NCBI RefSeq assembly: GCF_032191835.1
Contig: NC_083227.1
Location: forward strand, 26,908,001-26,972,000
Reading direction: 5' to 3'
Source: Heteronotia binoei
Taxonomy: Eukaryota
Length of the DNA stretch: 64,000 nucleotides
Positions 58,861 to 64,000 of this stretch are shown piece after piece. Numbering within the stretch: position 1 is the first letter of the stretch; every line of letters begins with the position of its first letter. A program made the translations under genes and the position numbers. The notes beneath the pieces are model-generated. The model saw only the letters and a program-made list of their open reading frames with translations, was not told the origin of the DNA and made no database searches.

Positions 58861-61053
58861 TCACTCGCTCTCAAAGGCCAGTTCCGGATAGTTCAAGAAC
58901 GGCAAGTTGACCTTCAAGAAGGCCAACTCCTCCAGATTTAAAGGGTATATGTCTGAAATGGTAACCTCGTCTGAACAGGCCAGTTTGCTCTGAACCCTGG
59001 CGGCAGGGCAGGAGAGGAGTTCCTGGGCCACGAGAGACAGGCCAGGCCACACAGCCTCCTTTTGGGCCCAATAGCTCAAGGGGTCAGCATCAGGGGACTC
59101 GCAGGGCTCCACGAGGTACTCAATCACCATTGCCTCTGCCCAGTCCTCCTTCCCCTGCCTCTCACTCCCGCTAACAGTTCCCCTGACTACACTCCGCACA
59201 AGTTCCGCCTCAGGAGCAGCGAGGCAGGATAAGTGGCTGGCAGAAGGGTATGGGAGGAGAGCGCCCTCCTCCATTCTTGCTGGTGTGACCATGCCCCTCT
59301 TGGCTTGAAAGTCCCTCACACGTTGAGCGAGCTCATCTCTCCAGGGGTGCAGAGCATTGTCACGCAGGGCAATGGCGCCCTTGACCCGGGGGTCACACAG
59401 GGTGGCCAGCATGTAGATCAGCTTCTGAGCGAGAGGCTGCAGATGCGCTTCAATCCCCCTTTGCAGCCTCCGCACTAGGGTTTCCACCGGTGGGTGGAGC
59501 TGAGAGCCGTCCTGACCTTGGTTGGAAAACGCAGCCAAGTCCTCCTGAAGCTTCTGGATCAGGGGAACGACCAGACCCAGGCTAGCCGTGGGGCGGCTGA
59601 GCATCTCCGTGAAGTCCTTAAAGAGCTTCAAGACAAGCAGCGTCTGGGAGAGTGTCTGCCACTCCCTGCAGGAAAGCGGTCTCTTTCCCGGCACGAGGTC
59701 GACCACTTCGGCAACTCGGCGCACGGCGTTCTTCTGCTCCAGAAGGCGCTCGATCATAGCGTAGACGGTCGTCCAGCAGGTGGCCACGTCGTCAATCAGG
59801 GGGTCATCCGGCACATCGGACTCTTCCTGCTTCTCCCCCAGCAGCCTCCTGGCTTCAATGCTGCTGCTGAAGTGAGCCCCGATTCTCCGGCATTCCTCCA
59901 GCAGGCACCACAGTTCACAGCCCGCGGCATCCCAGCCCGCCGGCCTGGAGGAACCCAAACCGAGTGCATCGTTCGCCACAAGGTCAAGGAGGTGTGTAGT
60001 GCACAGAATGCGCGTTAAGGACAAGTCACTCACTGCTGCCAAAACTTCGGCACCACCATCCGTTACCATAAAACCTCTGGCAACACCTTGGCCCACCCAA
60101 GCCTCTATCTGCTGCTTGACAACACCGGACAGGTCAGACACCGAATCCGCCGGACCCAAAACCTGGGCATGAAGCAAAGCCCGATGGTAACCCGCCTTGT
60201 AGCCGGTCTCCTCCTTCCTAAAGCTGCTCTGCCCCCCACCCACAGCATCCTCCATTTGCCACCAGTGTGCAGTCAATAACAGGTAGGTATACTCTGTCTG
60301 GGAGCAGGTCCAGATGTCTGAGGTGAAGTGCACAGTCCGCCCCTGGGCCTGGGACAACTGTGACTTCACAAGCTCCTTGATGGACTGATAAAGGGAGCGC
60401 AGGATGGTGCTACACAGCTTCTCGCAAGAAGGGAGCTCATACCAGGGAATGAAAAGCTGGAGCAACCCTTGGAAACCAGCGTTCTCGACAATGTTCACTG
60501 GAAAATCATCCACAGCAATCATCTCACAGATTAGGCGAGTGAACTTTTGAGAATCAGAATGGGACAAGCTGGCAGGAACTGATGACAGGGGGACAACGGA
60601 CTGAGAGGACAACCTGTGCGCCGTCTTTTCCCGCCCTGTGTCCGAAGAGCAGCTGGGCTGCCCATGACCTGGAGAAGTGAGGCCTACACCCAGCTCATGA
60701 AATGCCCTCAGGAAGACTGCCTCACTCCACTGAGTCTTTGCCACAGAGGTCTCCCCAGAAGACAGTTCTTGCTGCCGTTCCAAAGTCAAACTCGCAGCTA
60801 CCAGCGCCTTCCCTGCATTGCCTGTCTCAGAAGGTTGACGTTTAGGAGGCAGAACAGCAGTCTCTTGGGAAACAGTCTTACAAGGCTGCTTGTTGGTGGT
60901 ACCCCAACAGGGGGATGGGCAGCTGCTGAGGTTTGGGTGCTCTTGAGGCCTACCAATGGCCTGAGGGGTAGCCAGAGCACTTCTGTTATCTTCACCCAGA
61001 TTACTCTTGCGCTTCGCCTTACCCCAAAAGCCCCTCCCTCTAGCCTCACTCAT
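58861..61053 (-). CDS. hAT-transposase-derived protein (ZBED4/ZBED6/Ac-type core), 730 aa, probably domesticated and catalytically inactive
   Basis: TSDIWT (D1), VTDGG (D2), CTTH (CxxH), DVATCW, LATLCDPR, DPLSYW...LSCPA dimerisation domain; SER motif replaced by SKL; real ATG with an in-frame stop just upstream; no internal stops. Confidence 0.88.
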   Translation of the reverse strand: MSEARGRGFWGKAKRKSNLGEDNRSALATPQAIGRPQEHPNLSSCPSPCWGTTNKQPCKTVSQETAVLPPKRQPSETGNAGKALVAASLTLERQQELSSGETSVAKTQWSEAVFLRAFHELGVGLTSPGHGQPSCSSDTGREKTAHRLSSQSVVPLSSVPASLSHSDSQKFTRLICEMIAVDDFPVNIVENAGFQGLLQLFIPWYELPSCEKLCSTILRSLYQSIKELVKSQLSQAQGRTVHFTSDIWTCSQTEYTYLLLTAHWWQMEDAVGGGQSSFRKEETGYKAGYHRALLHAQVLGPADSVSDLSGVVKQQIEAWVGQGVARGFMVTDGGAEVLAAVSDLSLTRILCTTHLLDLVANDALGLGSSRPAGWDAAGCELWCLLEECRRIGAHFSSSIEARRLLGEKQEESDVPDDPLIDDVATCWTTVYAMIERLLEQKNAVRRVAEVVDLVPGKRPLSCREWQTLSQTLLVLKLFKDFTEMLSRPTASLGLVVPLIQKLQEDLAAFSNQGQDGSQLHPPVETLVRRLQRGIEAHLQPLAQKLIYMLATLCDPRVKGAIALRDNALHPWRDELAQRVRDFQAKRGMVTPARMEEGALLPYPSASHLSCLAAPEAELVRSVVRGTVSGSERQGKEDWAEAMVIEYLVEPCESPDADPLSYWAQKEAVWPGLSLVAQELLSCPAARVQSKLACSDEVTISDIYPLNLEELAFLKVNLPFLNYPELAFESE

Positions 61054-61899
61054 CCTTCACTACCCCTTCCTAAAACTAGGCCAAGCCCTCTCAAAGACAC
61101 ACACACACCCCTTCACAAGGATATACTACGCAAACGCACCCCAGCACGCACAAACAACCAGTCACCCACAGAATGTGAATGCACAACACAAATGGCTGTA
61201 AAAATCTGAAAACAAACAAAAGGAACAGGTTAAAAAACAGCAGCCTCCCCAATTTTTAGAAAAAGTCTGTCACAAAACAAAGCTAAAAGCAACCCCCTCC
61301 AAACAAATAAACTCAAATCAGGAAATTAAAAAAATAAAATTAAAAATCCAGACCCACCAACAGTCAGCAAACAAACCAACAGTAAAACAAACAGTCGACA
61401 AAATCTAAGAACAGGTTTCCCCTACCCTGCCTACACCCTATTCCAGAAAATATAAGGGGATTCCTCCCTAACTAAACTCTCCAGGGAAATAGCTCAAGTC
61501 TTTCCCAGCAGGTTTCCCCAGGCAGCTCTCTGGGAAACAGTTGTGCTTCAACCCAGTCTGCTTATATTTTCCTCCCAGAGTCCTCTCAGAGTTTCTTCAT
61601 GGCCATGGATTGTCCTCCAAAGAGATGGTCTTTCAATGCACTGGACTAAAACTGGACACTTTTTGACAAAAAAGGCGATCAGGCAGTCAAGAACATGAGA
61701 GGATCGTTCCTGGAAGAGAAGGAGGACAAGCTACATAAGGATAATGCATGCACAAAAAGATTTGTCTCAAAATCTACACATCCCTCTTGCATCACATGAC
61801 CCAAACGGCCCAGAATGCTTTTCTGCACAACATAACTCCCATTATCCCTTCAACCCCACCACAAGAACCCAGACTAGGGCATTAGGAGGCAACTAAACA

Positions 61900-62185
61900 G
61901 CCCCGTGGTGCAGTGTTAAAACTGCAGTACTGCAGTCCTAAGCTCTGCTCATGACCTGAGTTCGATCCCCGGCGGAAGCTGGATTTTCAGGTAGCCAGCT
62001 CGAGTTTGACTCAGCCTTCCATCTTTCCAAGGTTGGTAAAATGAGTACCCAGCTTGCTGGGGGGAAAGCGTAGATGACTGGGGAAGGCAATGGCAAAACC
62101 CTCCCCCGTAAAACGTCTGCAGTGAAAATGTTGTGAAAGCACCCCAGAATCGAAAACGACTGGGGCTTGCACAGGGGACCTTTCC
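61900..62185 (+). mobile_element. Sauria SINE
   Basis: GTGGTGCAGTGTTAAAACTGCAGTACTGCAGTCC head and consensus body. Confidence 0.85.
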
Positions 62186-62269
62186 TTCCTTCCAAACAGC
62201 CCTCAGAGCCAGCCTCTCTGGTGGATCTCACCACAGCTCTGTCTCCTGATAACATAGAGGTTAGAAATC

Positions 62270-62370
62270 TGAAGCAGACTTCGGAAGATGGTGGAAGACA
62301 GGAGGGCCTGAGGGTGACTTTGTTCATGGGTCACAAAGAGTTGGACTCGACTGTGTGAATGAACAACAAA
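62270..62370 (+). mobile_element. Bov-B/RTE 3' tail
   Basis: GGGTCACAAAGAGTTGGACTCGACT...AACAACAA. Confidence 0.65.
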
Positions 62371-62511
62371 ATAAGATCTTTGCGTGGTATCTAAAGAAGT
62401 GTGCATGCACAAGAAAGCTTATACCCGCCCAGAGTTAAACTTTGTTGGTCTTAAAGGAGCCTCTGGACTCAAACTTTTGTTCTATTGCTTGGGGCCAACA
62501 CACACAAAAGG

Positions 62512-62793
62512 GTAAAGGTAGTCCCCTGTGTAAGCACCAGTCGTTTTTGACTCTGGGGTGACGTTGTTTTCACAACATTTTCACGGCAGACTTTTTACGG
62601 GGTGGTTTGCCATTGCCTTCCCCAGTCATCTACACTTTCCCCCCCAAGCAAGCTCAGGGGGACCTCGGAAGGATGGAAGGCTGAGTCAACCTGGAGCCAG
62701 CTACCTGAACCTAGCTTCCGCTGGGATCGAACTCAAGTCGTGAGCAGAGGGCTCCGACTGCAGTACTGCAGCTTTACCACTCTGCGCCACCGC
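62512..62793 (-). mobile_element. Sauria SINE, inverted relative to 61900-62185
   Basis: reverse-complement consensus. Confidence 0.85.
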
Positions 62794-62799
62794 CCAATT

Positions 62800-63480
62800 A
62801 ATCTGATGGTTGTTCGAGTCCTCAATAAATGCGGATTGTTATGCTGCAGGCTGGGGCGTGCGTATTTGTGAATGCAACTGCACATCCTTCGCCCTGCGCC
62901 TTCTGAAAGCTGCACCACTTGCCCTGGCCCAAAGGCGCACCAACGCATCCCGCCGCCTTGCAATCCCGCCCCCTTCTTCCCTTACCCACGGCGGTTTACC
63001 CTTGCAAAAGTTTTCCCCACTGGAAGTTGCAGCCCGGGCCCGGGAAGGGAGATCGCAAAACAAACAAAAGGCGGCCTTCCAAAAGGAAAAGCCGCTCGCA
63101 GGTTTCTAGGAATCAAATGCAAAACTTCAGAATTGCACTTTTGGGACGGTTGCCCGGAGACTGGCGACTGACTGGCCTTGGGTTGCCTCGTTTATAACCC
63201 CTTCGCTCTCCTGTCCCGATTCACTGCTTGCTTAGGGTAGTTGGGTGCAGAGCCTGCAAGCAAAGCCTCTCTATCCCAGATCCACAGTACTCAGCCTAGG
63301 TGGCCTACCTTTTCTGGCGGCGTTTGGCGACTCCGAGCAGAGGCGCAGCTCCTTCCACCGAGACCTGGTTCTAGGGAACCACGTGGCCTGTTCGCGGGCC
63401 TTAAGTATAAACCAGCACCACGCCCCCCTCCCGGCTTTGAATACCCTCCTGGGCGGGGCTGCAGTCGCCTGTCCTTCCTA
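62800..63480 (-). promoter_or_regulatory. CpG island / probable first exon for the transposase-derived gene (and ancestrally paralog D)
   Basis: CpG-rich with GGGGCGGG boxes; donors GG|GTAAGG at 62985 and AG|GTAGGC at 63308; candidate acceptor ttttacAG near 61197. Confidence 0.6.
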
Positions 63481-63599
63481 GGCAGGGGTCATTCCATAGA
63501 AATAGAGGTGCCGGAGCTCATTAGCACACTTCATTTGCATAGCTCCTTGGCATATGCAGCACACCCCGGACATCCCCAAAAAGTGAACTAAATTATATC

Positions 63600-64000
63600 A
63601 GATAGATCCAAGCAGGCAGGCGTGTTGGTCTGAAGTAGTAGAACAAAATAGGAGTCGATTGCACCTTTAAGACCAAATTAGTTTTGTTGAGAACGTCAGC
63701 TTTTGTGCGCCCTCTAAGCACGCTTCATCAGACGAGGGATCCGGCACAGTGAGCAGGGCCATACATAACTGGAGGCAGTGGCCCAGAATGCAACATAGTG
63801 CAATGACAGTGAAGTAAAATTATCTGGTAAAATGGTACAAATATAAGATTTAATGACAGAATAGCAAAATTAACAAATTGAGCAAACCTTTGATCTGAGT
63901 AGCATGAGCATGTGAAAGCAACGAAACAGCAGTATGTCAAATTGTGAGAGTATCTGTCAGTGACTCTATTGCTATGGTCCTGGGCCAAAAGGAAGGAATA
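63600..64000. mobile_element. Penelope-like element end with a degenerate hammerhead (63693-63734, minus), running off the window
   Basis: same terminal sequence as 3655 and 19688; CGT-CTGATGA-A-stem-AAAA-GCTG-ACG. Confidence 0.55.

Noticed and set aside
58861-61053. the transposase as the mobiliser of the CAGGGGTGGCCAAAC MITEs
   Set aside because: It lacks the catalytic Glu and looks Ac/ZBED4-type, whereas those TIRs are Charlie/Buster-type, and no such TIRs flank the ORF

Overview
Vertebrate genomic DNA from a squamate reptile. The Sauria-SINE, Squam3-like SINE and CR1 repeat content suggests a gecko (inference). The window is a head-to-tail, minus-strand cluster of SCAN/KRAB C2H2 zinc-finger genes in dense repeats (L1, CR1, RTE, Penelope-like fragments, SINEs, hAT MITEs). 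Exon models were built by hand from GT-AG sites and phase. Gene A: extended SCAN + linker + 6 fingers (13894-8673). Gene B: extended SCAN + KRAB-like linker + a symmetric cassette exon + 12 fingers (33128-25300). Gene C: shortened SCAN + intact KRAB-A (missed by the ORF track) + 7 fingers (44.3k-39428), with an early in-frame stop. Paralog D (about 57.7k-53.8k) is a pseudogene. The most notable feature is an uninterrupted 730-codon hAT-transposase ORF (58861-61053). It has lost the catalytic Glu and has no recognisable BED finger. It sits between a CpG-island promoter and the dead paralog D, where intron 1 lies in genes B and C, which suggests transposase domestication by promoter capture. Also present: a 4.3-kb 93-bp higher-order tandem array next to gene C's promoter, several Penelope-type hammerhead-ribozyme relics and several palindromic elements. 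Repeat boundaries are approximate, family names come from pattern recognition rather than database searches, and no expression evidence is available.
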